This document shows positions 12,495 through 24,982 of a stretch of DNA of 64,000 nt, piece by piece. The notes below the pieces were generated by a model. It was not told the origin of the DNA. It ran no database searches and worked only from the letters and a program-made list of their open reading frames with translations. Each line of letters opens with the position of its first letter. Within the stretch, counting starts at the first letter, position 1. The translations under genes and the position numbers were made by a program. The stretch is from Heptranchias perlo. Lineage: Eukaryota. Location of the stretch: NCBI RefSeq assembly GCF_035084215.1, contig NW_027139559.1, forward strand, positions 7,378,001 to 7,442,000, given 5' to 3'.

Positions 12495-14975
12495 CATAAT
12501 GGACTTAATGGGGGACTTTAACCTTCACATAGATTGGGAAAATAGACTAGCAACTATCGGAAAGGTAGTGAATTTCTTGATTGTGTCCTGGATAGTTTTC
12601 TACAGCAGTATGTCCGAAAGGCAACAAGGGGTCAAGCCATGCTAGATTTAGTAATGAATAATAAAGTGGATTTAATAACGGCTTAACTGTACGCGAACAT
12701 CTATCCAACAGCGACCATAACATGATCGAGTTCAATGTAATGTTTGAAAGGGAAAAAGTTGAGTCGGCTGATAAGATTCTAGACTTGGGTAAGGCTGACT
12801 TCAATGGGATGAAACAGAGACTGTCCACAGTAAACTGCGCTAATCTGTTAATGGGTAAAACGACTGATGATCAGTGAAAAATGTTTAAAGAAACATTTAA
12901 CGAGATAAAGAACGGGTGTATACCTCTGAGGGGCAAGAACTCTACTTGCCAAAAAAAACAGTCATGGACAACTAAAGAGGTACGTGACAGTATAAGATGT
13001 AAGGAAAGGGCATACAATAGGCAAAAAATGGCACAGTTCCTGGAGAATGGGAAAGATACAAAGATCAACAAAGGGTCACAAAACAGATAGTAAGAGCTAC
13101 AAAAAGAGAGTTGAAAAGAAACTTGCAAGGGATATCAAAACCAATACAAATAACTTTTATGGTTATATTAGGAAAAAGAGGGTGGACAGGAGCAGTGTTG
13201 ACCCCTTAAAAACTGAAAGTGAGGATATTGTCAATGACAATGTGGAAATGGCGGACTTTGCGTCAGTATTTACAGTAGAAAAAGAGGATATGATGCCGCA
13301 TATCGCAAGTAAACTAATATTGAATCGGGGACAGGGACTCGATAAAATTAACATAAGTAAAACAACAGCAATGAAGAAAATAACACCACTAAAGGGTGAG
13401 AAATTCCCAGGACCAGATGGTTTCCATCCCAGGGTTTTAAAGGAAGTAAATGAGCACATTGCGGATGCTCTAACTATAATCTTTCAAAGTTCTCCAGATT
13501 CAGGAACTGTCCCTCTGGATTGGAAAATTGTACATATCACTCCGCTTTTTAAGAAAGGAGAGAGAGGGAAACCGGGGAATTATAGACCAGTTAGCCTAGC
13601 ATCTGTTGTGCGGAAATTGCTGTAGTCTATAATTAATGATAGCGTGACTGAACACCTCGAGAATTTCAGTTAATCATGGAGAGCCAGCATGGATTTATGA
13701 AAGGTGTGTCGTGCCTGACAAACCTGATTGAATTTTTTGAAGAGGTGACTAAAGTAGTGGAACGGGGAATGTCAATGGATGTTATTTATATGGACTTCCA
13801 GAAGGCATTTAATAAGGTCCCACATAAGAGACTGTTAGCTAAGTTAGAAGCCCATGGAATCGAGGGAAAAGTACGGGCTTGGTTCAGAAATTGGCTGAGC
13901 GAAAGGCGACAGAGAGTAGGGATAATGGATAAGTAATCACATTGGCAGGATGTGACTAGTGGAGTCCCGCAGGGATCTGTCTTGGGGCCTCAATTATTCA
14001 CAATATTTATTAACGACTTAGATGAAGGTTTAGAACGTCTCATATCTACGTTTGCCAAAGTACACAAAGATTGGTGGCATTGTAAGCAGTGTAGATGAAA
14101 ACATAACATAACAAAGCGATATTGATAGATTTGCTGAATGTGCAAAACTGTGGCAAATGAAATTCAATGTCGACAAATGTGAGGTCATCCACTTTGGATC
14201 AAAAAAATGAGAGAACAGGGTACTTTCTAAATGGTAAAAAAATTTAAAACAGTGGATGTCCAAGGGGACTTAGCGGTTCAGGTGCATCGATCATTGAAGT
14301 GTCATGAACAGGTGCAGAAAGTAATCAAGAAGGCTAATAGAATGCTGGCCTTTGTATCAAGAGAACTGGAGTACAAGGGGGCAGAAGTTATGCTGCAGCG
14401 ATACAAGACCCTGGTTAGACCGCACCTGGAGTATTGTGAGCAGTTCTGGGCACCGCACCTTCGGAAGGACATATTGGCCTTGGAGGGATTGCAGCGTAGG
14501 TTTACTGGAATGATACCCGGACTTCAAGGGTTAAGTTACGAGGAGAGATTACACAAATTGGGGATGTATTCCCTACAGTTTAGAAGGTTAAGGCGTGATC
14601 TGATCGACTTTTATTGGATGTTAAGGGGAACGGATATGGGGGATGTCGATAAACTATTTCCGCTGGTTGGGGATTCTCGGAGGAGGGCGGCACAGTCTAA
14701 AAATTAGAGCCAGACCTTTTCGGAGTGAGATTACAAAACATTTCTACAAACAAAGGGTGCTAGAACTTTGGAACTCTCTTCTGCAAAACGGCAATTGGTA
14801 CCAACTCAATTGGTAAATTTAAAATTGAGCTTTTTGGCAACCAACGGTATTAAGGGATATGGGCCAAAGGCAGGTATATGGAGCTCGATCACAGATCAGC
14901 CATGATCTTATCAAATGGCGGAGCAGGCACGTGGGGCTGAATGATCTACTTATGTTCCTGTGTTCCTATGTTCCT
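12495..14975 (+). mobile_element. 5'-truncated CR1 (APE through RT to 3' end)
   Basis: GPDGFHPRVLKE...DWKIVHITPLFKKGERGKPGNYRPVSL; QHGFMKGVSCLTNLIEFFEEV; LVRPHLEYCEQFWAPH; ends (tgttccta)n. Confidence 0.95.
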
Positions 14976-14979
14976 AAAA

Positions 14980-15880
14980 AATAGAGCCTGGATTTCAGGA
15001 TTGAAGTTCGGAAACACTTCCTCACGTAAAGGGTTGTTAAATTTTGGAACTTTCACAAACGGGAGTTAATGCTTGTTCGATTGTTCATTTTAAATCTGAG
15101 AGTGAGAGAATTTTTTTTAACCAAAGGTTATAACGGATATGGGATTAAGGCGGGCATATCGAGATGGTTCACAGAACAGCCATGATCTCATTGAATGGCG
15201 GAACAGGCCCGAGTGGTTAAATGGCCGAATCCTATTCCTTTCTTCCTATGTTCCTGTGTTCATTTCTAAAAGGATAGAATTGTAAATCAAGGAAGTTGTT
15301 TTAAACTTGAATAAAACCTTTGTTAGACCACGCTTGTAGTACTGTGAACAGTTCTTGTCTGCATATTATAAAATGGATATCGAGGCAATGGTGAAGTTGC
15401 AAAAAATATTTACTTGGATGATACCGGAACTGAGAGTTTATACCTATTCAGAAAGACTGAACAGGCTGAGGCTCTCTTATCTTCAAAGGACAAGACTGAA
15501 TGTGACCGAAAGTAGTCTTTATGATCATGAAAGTGCTTGGTAGGGTCGACGAACAGAAGATGTTTCCCCTTGCGGGGGAGACCTGAAATCGGGGCCATCA
15601 ACATAAGATAGTCACCAATAAACCCAGTAGGGAATTCCGGGGAAACATCTTTACCCTGGGAGTGGTTAGAATGTGGAACTCGCTTCCACAAGGAACAATT
15701 GAGTCGAGTAGCAAATACGTATTTAAGGCGAAGCTGGATAAACACACGATGGAGAAAGGAATATAAGGATATGTTGATGGGGTCAGATGAAGAAGGGTCG
15801 AGCTCGTGTGGATCATAAACACAGGTTTGGACATGTTGGGCCGAATGTTCTGTTTCTGCACTGTAAATCCTGTCTAATTA
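14980..15880 (+). mobile_element. Two further CR1 3'-end fragments in tandem
   Basis: Repeat of the aaacacttc...aagggt...ggaact 3' block (14985-15260), then a different CR1 subfamily tail (15270-15870). Confidence 0.8.
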
Positions 15881-16231
15881 CATGTAATTCAGCGACTAGA
15901 GAGGCTTGTAACAAAAGCAGAGATGTTTTACTGGGAGACTTTCATTTTCTTTTAGATTGGGAAGAGCCGAGTAGATCAAGTCAGACAGGAAGTGAATTTC
16001 TTGAGTGCATTCAAGATAACTTTCTATAGCCAAATGTTATCGCACCAACAATAGGCCAGGTCAGACTAGATTAATAATGAATAAAGCGCCAGACAGACTT
16101 GAAAATCCAACAGTAAGTGAACATTTTCTGTCAGTGGTCATAATATGATCGAATTCAATGTTAGGATTGAAACGGAGAAACGTAACAGTTACTAAGATTT
16201 TAAATTATGGTAAGGTAACTTTAATTAAATG

Positions 16232-16430
16232 AAGGAATCTTACAACACCAGGTTATAGTCCAACAAATTTATTTTAAAATCACAAGCTTTCGGAGATTAT
16301 CCCCTTCGTCAGATGAAGGGGATAATCTCCGAAAGCTTGTGATTTTAAAATAAATTTGTTGGACTATAACCTGGTGTTGTAAGATTCCTTACATTTGTCC
16401 ACCCCAGTCCATCACCGGCATCTCCACATC
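16232..16430 (+). mobile_element. Short palindromic non-autonomous element (Penelope-like pseudo-LTR derivative) with 11-12 bp target-site duplication
   Basis: Perfect 76-bp arms at 16232-16307 and 16315-16390, a tail ...ccagtccatcaccggcatctccacatc, and TSD TTAATTAAATGA at 16221-16232 and 16431-16442. A related copy lies at 54573-54748. Confidence 0.85.
16280..16316 (-). ncRNA. Minimal type I hammerhead ribozyme motif
   Basis: Minus strand: UCAU-CUGACGA-AGGGG-AUAAU-CUCC-GAAA-GC-UU-GUGA. Both catalytic boxes are intact, stems I and II can pair, and stem III is reduced to the palindrome AAGCUU. Confidence 0.7.
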
Positions 16431-16487
16431 TTAATTAAATGAGACAGGGACTGACGACAGCAAACTGGTCAAAAGTGTTATCGGGTA

Positions 16488-16958
16488 GGTCCTATCTCTC
16501 TATTGAGATCCGATCTCTCTATTGAGATCCTATCACTCTATGGAGATCCTATCTCTGTCGAGATCATAGCATTCTATTTAGATCCTAAAACTCTATTGAG
16601 ATCCTATCTCTCTAACGAGATCCTATCTCTCTATTGAGATCGTATCACTCCATTGAGATCCTATCACTCTATGGAGATCTTATCTCTCCGTCGAGATCGT
16701 ATCATTCTATTTTGATCCTTTCAGTCTATTGAAACCCGATCACCCTATTGAGGTCCTACCGCTCCACTTGAGATTCTGTCACTCTATTGAGATCCTTTCG
16801 CTCTATTGTGATACTATCACTCTATTGAGATCCTATGAATCAACTGAGATCCTATCACTATTGAGATCCTATCAATCTTTTGAGATCCTATCACTTTATT
16901 GAGATCTTATTGCTCTATTGAGATCCTATCAATCCATTGAGAACCTATTGCTCTATTT
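16488..16958. repeat. 19-bp minisatellite (~24 copies)
   Basis: Unit approximately ctattgagatcctatcact. Confidence 0.92.
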
Positions 16959-17339
16959 AAAGGAGAGAAAGTGATTGAGCTCTGTGCCAGCTATCATTCT
17001 CCCTCGACTAACGCCACCGCGATCATATTAACAGACCATTCACTGATGGGTGTGATCAAACAGCATTCTGTATCTAAAGCAAAAAAAATACACATTGGTT
17101 ATGAAGTGCGCAGAGGGCGTAGCAAATTGTTATTTAGACACAAACATCCTTCTTTCCTTTCATTAAAGTCGGGTTTCTGGGCCATAACAATCGCCTTTGA
17201 ATTGTGCCCTCAATTTGTTAATATTGAATAAGCTGGAAATCATTGAATTATTTGTTTTATTAATCCTCCTTTTATAATCTACTGTCACTGAAGGCATCTG
17301 TTGAAACTCTCAGTTATGTTTGTGGACAGCCATCTTACA

Positions 17340-17790
17340 TCAAAATTAAACAGGCCGTGGCTATTTTCTCTCGAAAAGAGAAGGGTGACCTGACAGAGGT
17401 CTTTAAAATTAGGGAGTGGTTCTATAGGGCAGATGTAGAAAATAGGTTTCCACTTGTGGTGGAGTCCAAAACTGTTCAAATTATGGGCCATATAAAAAAA
17501 GATAGTCACCAATAAATCCAACAGGGAATTCAGGAGAATCAACTTTAGCCAGATCATAGTCAGAATATGGAACTCGCAACCACATGGAATGGTTGAGGCG
17601 AATAGTACAGATGCATTTAAGTGGAAGCTAGATAAATACATGAGGGAGAAAGAAATAGAAGGATATGATGATAGGATGAGATGAAATAATTTGGAGGATG
17701 CCCGTGTGGAACGGAAACAACGACATAGGCCTATCGGGCCAAATGGCCGGTTTCTGTGCTGTAAATCCTATGTAATACTCTGTAATATCG
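17340..17790 (+). mobile_element. CR1 3' end
   Basis: aagggtgacctgacagaggtctttaaaatt...agaatatggaactcgc...atttaagtggaagctagataaatacatg; same family as 15270-15870. Confidence 0.85.
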
Positions 17791-18319
17791 CTTGCTCCTA
17801 TCAAACGCCGCCTTCACTTTCATCCTCCTTCGGCTGAAGGTAACAGGCCTCGCTGGGTTCCGTTTCCTCAAACACTGACAGGTTCCAGGTCATAACGAAG
17901 TGCCTATTCTTCATGTCTGATTGGAGGGATAAGGGTGAATAACCTTTTCATCCGCTAGGGGCGCTTCAATCTGTTTTTTAACTGGAGTCGCAGGGTCGCA
18001 GAGACAGCAGGAAGCAAAGAGCGGGTTGTGCTCCGCAGGCAAAAAGCTCAGAGGCCAATTGGAACGGTTCCCCTGTCACTCCAACCAAGGCAGCACAGGC
18101 CGGGCAGCCGTGAATGATAAGTGAATACAGTCCCGGGAAATATAGAATGCGGTAAGAAACTTTCATACATGTTCGTGCGCTGAATAAGTGATCACAACGT
18201 TACCGCACGGAATTGTGAAATGTGATTCTGTAAAGTTTCAAATCTCATCACATCGCCCGTGGAGCGACGGTCACCGTTTGGCTGCAGGCTTTGCCGTCTT
18301 GTGGCCTGGTGTTGTGCAG

Positions 18320-18572
18320 CAATAATAGTAAACAAAGTAATAGTAATAACAATAATAATAACATTAATGTTAATTATAGTATTAACAGTAATGATAAAAA
18401 TAATGATAATAATATTAATAACAGTAATAGTAACAGTAATGATAATAATAGTAATAACAATAATGATAATAATAGTAATAACAATAATGATAATAATAGT
18501 AAGGACAGTTATAATAACAATAACAGTATTAATACTAATAACTATAATAAGAATTAATAATCAATATAATAG
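18320..18572. repeat. Degenerate (AAT)n microsatellite
   Basis: aataatagtaataacaataat... It explains the spurious poly-Asn and poly-Ile ORFs. Confidence 0.95.
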
Positions 18573-18574
18573 AA

Positions 18575-19030
18575 GTTTCATTGATCCGAATGGGAGGCAA
18601 TTATCCAGATTGTTAAAACACAAACGATTAAGTACACTTCCAGGTTCAGGCCGTGTTTCGATCTCCTGCCGTCTGGTTTACATTGAATATTATGTTTAAA
18701 CTATAATCTTGGACAGTTCTGTCTTTGTGCATTCACTAATATATGGTACAGGGTGGTGAATGTGTTGAAAAACGTAGCAGTCCTTGTGACAATGGAGGAC
18801 AGAACGAATGTGTTGGGCAATGCAGTGACCTGATGTGCGTTTGGTCTCCTCAGTGTGGAGCACACCGCGGGCTGAGTAAAAGCAGTGACCTGATGTTCGT
18901 ATGGTCTCCGCAGTGTGGAGCACACCCCGGGCTGAGAAAAAGCAGTGACCTGATGTGCGTTTGGTCTCCCCAGTGTAGAGCACACCCCGGGCTGAGTAAA
19001 AGCAGTGAACTCGACAGGGGAGTAATGTTT
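18575..19030 (-). mobile_element. Decayed Penelope-like element 3' ORF remnant (GIY-YIG endonuclease region)
   Basis: Minus-strand VLYTGETKRTSGHCIAQHIRSV...VFQHIHH resembles the PLE endonuclease pattern LYIGETKRxLxxRFxEHxRSV...VAxHFN; an LPFG-INE-like C-terminal remnant lies near 18575-18600. Confidence 0.65.
18822..19008. repeat. 60-bp tandem triplication inside the GIY-YIG remnant
   Basis: gcagtgacctgatgtgcgtttggtctcc.cagtgtggagcacacc.cgggctgagtaaaa x3. Confidence 0.95.
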
Positions 19031-19584
19031 CAAGAAAGGAAAATCCCGACAGTGCGGGTTGCAGCAATGGAATTTATTGGGGATAGCGGGACTCAATCGG
19101 GATAGATATAGTACAAATCTTTTTTGAAAAAATATGTAGTTAAATTGACATCGTCCACAATTCTGAGAAGCGATTTTATGATTTTTTTTCTGAACCACTG
19201 TTATCGTACACATTGTGGCAGTTAAATGTCAGCGATTTGATGAGAAAGATTAATCGCTCCCTTTTTTGTTACTGAGACTTCTTGATCAAGCAGCGGAAGC
19301 AGCTCAGGAAAACGAAATGCTGATGATAACGTTGGTGAACGATTTCCATGGCGACACAGAGTCCAACAAAACAGGAAACTTACTGAGAAACCATCAATTA
19401 TTGTCGACGTGTACCGACACACGGCGCTGCCCAGAGATGTTATTTCTGTTATTCTCCACAGTGAAAAGCATTTATACATTCAATTTTTAAAAAAGCGACT
19501 TGCCTTTCAATTCTTTTGCACTTAATCGGTATCATTGACCGGTAACAGAAATTTTGCTTCCATTACCGACAGACACAAAGAAAC

Positions 19585-22500
19585 TGCGTCGGCCCACTCT
19601 CTCCCCATATTCCTGCAACAATCTGAAACTAATCCCACTGGTCCACTGTCTCCCCATATTCCAGCATCAATCCCAAACTAGCCCCACTGGCCCGCTGTCT
19701 CCCCATAGTCCAGCATCAATCCCAAAATAATCCCACGGGCCCACTGTCTCCCCATATTCCAGCATCAATCCCAAACTAGCCCCACTGGCCCGCTGTCTCC
19801 CCATAGTCCTGCATCAATCCCAAAATAATCCCACTGGTCCACTGTCTCCCCATAGTCCTGCATCAATCCCAAAATAATCCCACTGGTCCACTGTCTCCCC
19901 ATAGTCCAGCATCAATCCCAAACTAATCTCACTGGCCCTCTGTCTCTCCATAGTCCTGCATCCATCCCAAACTAACCCCGGTGGCCCGCTGTCTCCCCAC
20001 AGTCCTGCATCAATCCCAAAGTAAACACACTGGCCCGCTGTCTCCCCATATTCCTACATCAATCCCAAACTCATCCCATTCGCCCACTGTCACCCCATAG
20101 ACCTGCATCCATCCCAAACTAATCTCACTGCGTCGCCCTATTCCCATAGTCCTGAATCAAACTCAAATTAATCCAACTGCCCCGCTCTCTCCCTGTAGTC
20201 CTGCAAAAAGTCCAAACTAATCCCAATGCCCCACTGTCTGCCCATAGTCCTGCAACAATAGCAGACTAATCCCACTGACCCCCTCTCTACTCATCGTCGT
20301 GAATCAATCACAGACTAATCAGAATGACCCCCACTCTCCTCATCGTCCTGAATCAATCCCGGACTAATCCCACTGACCCCCTCTCTCCACAAAGTCCTGA
20401 ATCAATCACAGACTGTCCCAGTGAGCCCCTCTCTCCTCATAGTCCTGCATCAATCCCAGAGTAATCCCACTGACACCCACTCTCCCAACAGTCCTGCATC
20501 AATCCCAGAATAATCCCACTGACCCCCTCTGTCCTCATAGTCCTGAATCAATCCTAGACTAAACCCACTGACCACCTCTCTACTCAGAGTCCTGAATCAA
20601 TGCTAGATAATCACACTGACCCACTCTCTCCTCATAGTCATGAATCAATCCCAGACTAATTCCACTGAGCCCGCTCTCCTCATAGTTCTGAATCAATCCT
20701 AGATTAATCCCACTGATCTCCTCTATCCCCTAATCCTGAATGAATCCTAGACTAATCCCATTGACCCCCTATCTATTCATAGTCCTGATTCAATCCGAGA
20801 CTAAACCGACTGAAACTTTCTCTCCCCATGGTCCTGAATCAATCCTAGACTAATCACAGTGACACCCGCTCTCCTCATATTCCTGAATCAATCCCAGACT
20901 AATCCCATTGACCCCCTCTCACCTCATAGTCCTGAATCAATCCCAGACTAATCCCACTGATCCCCTCTTGCCACAGAGTCCTGAATCAATCTAAGACTAA
21001 TCCCACTGACCCCTTCTCTCCTCATAGACCTGAATCAATCCCAGAAGAATCACACTGACCCGCTCCCTTCTAATATTCTTGAATCAAACCCAGACTAATC
21101 ACACTGACCCCGTATTTCCACATACTCCTCTTCAATCCCAGAAAAATCCACTGTCCCCTCTCTCCCCATAGTCCTTAATCTATCCGAGACTAATCCCACT
21201 GACCCACTCTCTCCCCATATCCGAAATCAATCCCAGACAAATCCCACTGACCCCCTCTCTCCTCATTGTCCTGAATCAATCCAAGATTAATCACACTGTC
21301 ACCCTCTCTCCTCATAGTCCTGAATCAATCCTAGATACTCCCACTCACCCCCTCTCTCCTCATAGTCCTGAATCAATCCCAGACTAATCCTACTGACCCC
21401 ACCCCCCCCTCTCCTCATAGTCCTGAATCAATCCTAGATAATCCCACTCACCCCCTCTCTCCTCATAGTCCTGAATCAATCACAGACTAATTCCACCGAC
21501 CCCCGCTCTCTTCATAGTCCTGAATCAATCGTTGACTGATCCCACTGACCCGTTCTCTCCCCAAATACGAAATCAATCCCAGGCAAATCCCACTGACCCC
21601 CTCTCTCCTCATTGTCCTGAATCAATCCAAGATTAATCACACTGTTACCCTCTCTCCTCATGGTCCTGAATCAATCCTAGACTAATCCCACTGACCACCT
21701 CTCTCCTCATAGTCCTGAATCAATCCGAGATAATCCCACTCACCCCCTCTCTCCTCATAGTCCTGAATCAACACCAGACTAATCCCACTGACCCAACCCC
21801 CTCTCCTCATAGTCCTGAATCAATCCTTGACGAATCCCATTGAACCCCTCTCTCCTCATAGTCCTGAATCAATCCCAGACTAATTCCACTGACGCCCGCT
21901 CTCCTCATAGTCCTAAATCAATCCCAGACTAATCCCACTGATCTCCTCACTCCCCCTAATCCTGAATGAATCCTAGACTAATCCCATTGACCCCCTATCT
22001 CTTCATAGTCCTGATTCAATCCGAGACTAAACCCACTGAAACTTTCTCTCCCCATGGTCCTGAATCAATCCTAGACTAATCCCACTGACACGCTCTCTCC
22101 TCATATTCCTGAATTAATCCCAGACTAATGCCACTGACCACTTCTCCCCTCATATTCCTGAATTAATCCCAGACAAATCCCACTTACCACTTCTCTCCTC
22201 ATTGTCCTGAATCAATCCCAGACTAATCCCACTGATCCCCTCTCTCCTCAAAGTCCTGAATCAATACCAGACTAATCCCATTGACCTCCTCTCTCCTCAT
22301 AGTCCTGAATCAATCCCAGACGAATCCCACTGACCCCCTCTCCCCTCATAGACCTGAATCAATCCCAGAAGAATCACACTGACCCGCTGGCTTCTAATAT
22401 TCTTGAATCAATCACAGACTAATTACACTGACCCCTATTTCCACATACTCCTCTTCAATCCCAGAAAAATCCCACTGTCCCCTCTCTCCCCATAGTCCTT

Positions 22501-24665
22501 AATCAATCGGAGACTAATCCCACTGACTCTCTCTCTCCCCATATCCTAAATCAATCCCAGACAAATCCCACTGACCCCCTCTCTCCTTATTGTCCTTAAT
22601 CAATCCAAGATTTATCACACTGTCACCCTCTCTCCTCCCAGTCCTGAATCAATCCTGCACTAATCCCACTGACCCCTTCTCTCCTCATTGTCCTGAATCG
22701 ATCCCACACTAATCCCACTGACCATCTCTGTCCTCATTGTCCTGCATTAATTCCAGACTAATCCCACTGACCCCCTCTCTCTTTATAGTCCTGATTCAAT
22801 CCAAGACTAATCCCACTGACCGCCTCTCTCCTAATAGTCCTGCATCAATCCCAGAATAATCCAACTGACCCCCTCTATCCTCATAGTCTTGAATCACTCC
22901 CAGACTAATCGCACTGATTCTCTCTCCTCATAATCCTGAGTCAATCCCAGACTAATCCCAGTGAGCCCCTCTCTCCCCATAGTCCCGCATCAATCCCAGA
23001 CTAATCCCACTAACCCCCTCTCTTCGCATAGTCTTGAATCAATCCCAGACTAATCCCACTGACCCCCTCTTTCCACATCGTCCTGCTTCAATCCTAGACT
23101 AATCCCGGTGTCCACCTCTCGCCCCTTGGTCCTGAATCAATCCGAGGCTGAACGCACTGAACCGCTTTCTCCCCATATCCTAATTACATCCCAGATTAAT
23201 CCCACTGACCCCCTCTCTCCTTATTGTCCTGAAACAATCCTCGACTATTCCCATTGAACTACTCTCTCCCCATCGTCCTGAATCAATCCCAGACTAATCC
23301 CACTGACCCTCTCTCTCCACATGGGCCTGAGTCATTCCCAAACGAATCCAACTGACCCCCTCTCTCCTCATAGTCCTGAATCAATGCGAGACAAATCAGA
23401 ATGACCCCCTCTCTCCTCATAGTCCTGAATCAATCCTGGACGCATCCCACTTACCTCCTCTCTCATCATTGTCGTGAATCAATCCCAGACTAATCCCACT
23501 GACCCGCTCTCTCCTCATAGTCCTTAATCAATCCCAGTCTAATCACACTGAACCGTTCTCTCCTCATAATCCTGCTTCAATCCCAGACTAATCCCACTGA
23601 CACCCTCTCTCCTCGTAGCTCTGAATCAATCGCAGAATAATCCCTCTGAACCCCTTTGTGCTCATTGTCCTGAATCAATCCTAGACTAGTCCCACTGACC
23701 CCCTCTCTCCTCATTGTCCTGAATCAATTCTAGACTAATCACACTGACCCCCTCTCTCCTCAGAGTCCTGAATCAATCCGAGACTAATCCAAATGACCCC
23801 CTCTCTCATTGTCCTGAATCAATCCCAGATTAATCACAATGACCCCCCTTTCTCCTGATAGTCCTGAATCAAACCTAGACTAATCCCACTGACGCCCTCT
23901 CTCCTCATAGTCATGAATCAATCCTAGATTAATCACACTAGCCCCCTCTCTCCTCATATTCCTGAATCAATCATAGACTAATCCCACTGGCGCCCTCCCT
24001 CCTCATAGTTCTGAATCAATCCTAGACAAATCCCACTGGCCCCTCTCTCCTCATAGTCCTGCTTCAATCCCAGACTAATCACACTCTCCGCGTGCTCCCC
24101 ATTGTCATTTTTCAATTCCAATCTAATCCCAATGCCCTATTCTTTCATATGGCCACGTATCAAACTCAAATAATCCCACTGCCCTTCTCTCTGCCCCGAA
24201 ATGTGTATCAATCCAAGACTAATCCAACTGTCCCACTTTCAAGCCATGGCCTTGTACCAAACTAAAACTTACCACACTCTTCCCATAACCCTGTATCAAT
24301 CACAGGACCATAGAAGCAAAAAACGACACAGCACAGAATGAGGCCATTCGGCCGATCGTGCTTGTGCTGCTTCCTTTGAAAAAGCTATCCAATTAAGCCA
24401 CATTATCTTCCCATAACTCTATTTCAAGCCTATACTAACCCCACTGACACCCTCTCTCCCCGTAGCACTGTACCAATCCAAGATTAATCCCACTGACCTG
24501 CTCTCTCCCCATTGCCCTGTATTAATCCCAAACTAATCCCACTATCTCGCTATCTGCCCAAAGCCCTGTATCAATCGAAAACTAATCTCAATGCCCCTCT
24601 CTTTCCACATAGCCCTGTATCAATCCCAAACGAATCCAACTTTCGCTCTCTCTTTTTGTAGCCCT
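19585..24665. repeat. ~5 kb satellite, 49-bp unit (~100 copies), strongly C-rich on the plus strand
   Basis: Unit tcctgaatcaatcccagactaatcccactgaccccctctctcctcatag; period 49 (e.g. 21861 to 21910). Confidence 0.97.
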
Positions 24666-24764
24666 GTTATTTTTTCTCCTTCTTATAATTATTTAGTTTT
24701 CCACTAACACTCTCCTGTTCTTTGCCACAACCATTGACCGTGTTGCGGCTCAAACAACCCTCCA

Positions 24765-24982
24765 ATGCAAGAGCAGTGGATGTATTTTGAGAATATGTAA
24801 GGACACATGGTAAGAGCAGTGGATGTGTGTAGCGGATATGTAAGGACACGTGGTAAAAGCAGTGGATGTATACAGAGGATATGTCAGGACACATGGTAAG
24901 AGCAGTGGATGAATACAGAGGGTGTGTTAGGACACGTGGTAAGAGCAGTGGATGAACACAGAGGATATGTAAGGAAACATGA
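24765..24982. repeat. 43-bp minisatellite, short block
   Basis: About five aagagcagtggatg...aggacacatggt units. Confidence 0.9.

Larger units (their letters stand above)
15900..16485 (+). mobile_element. CR1 APE fragment interrupted by a palindromic insertion
   Basis: LLGDFHFLLDWEE...SEFLECIQDNFL; the host sequence resumes after 16442. Confidence 0.75.

Noticed and set aside
18259-18699. 146-aa Ile-rich and 88-aa poly-Asn ORFs
   Set aside because: Translations of the (AAT)n microsatellite.
18743-19105. Cys-rich repetitive ORF on the plus strand
   Set aside because: Antisense reading of the 60-bp triplication in the Penelope-like remnant.
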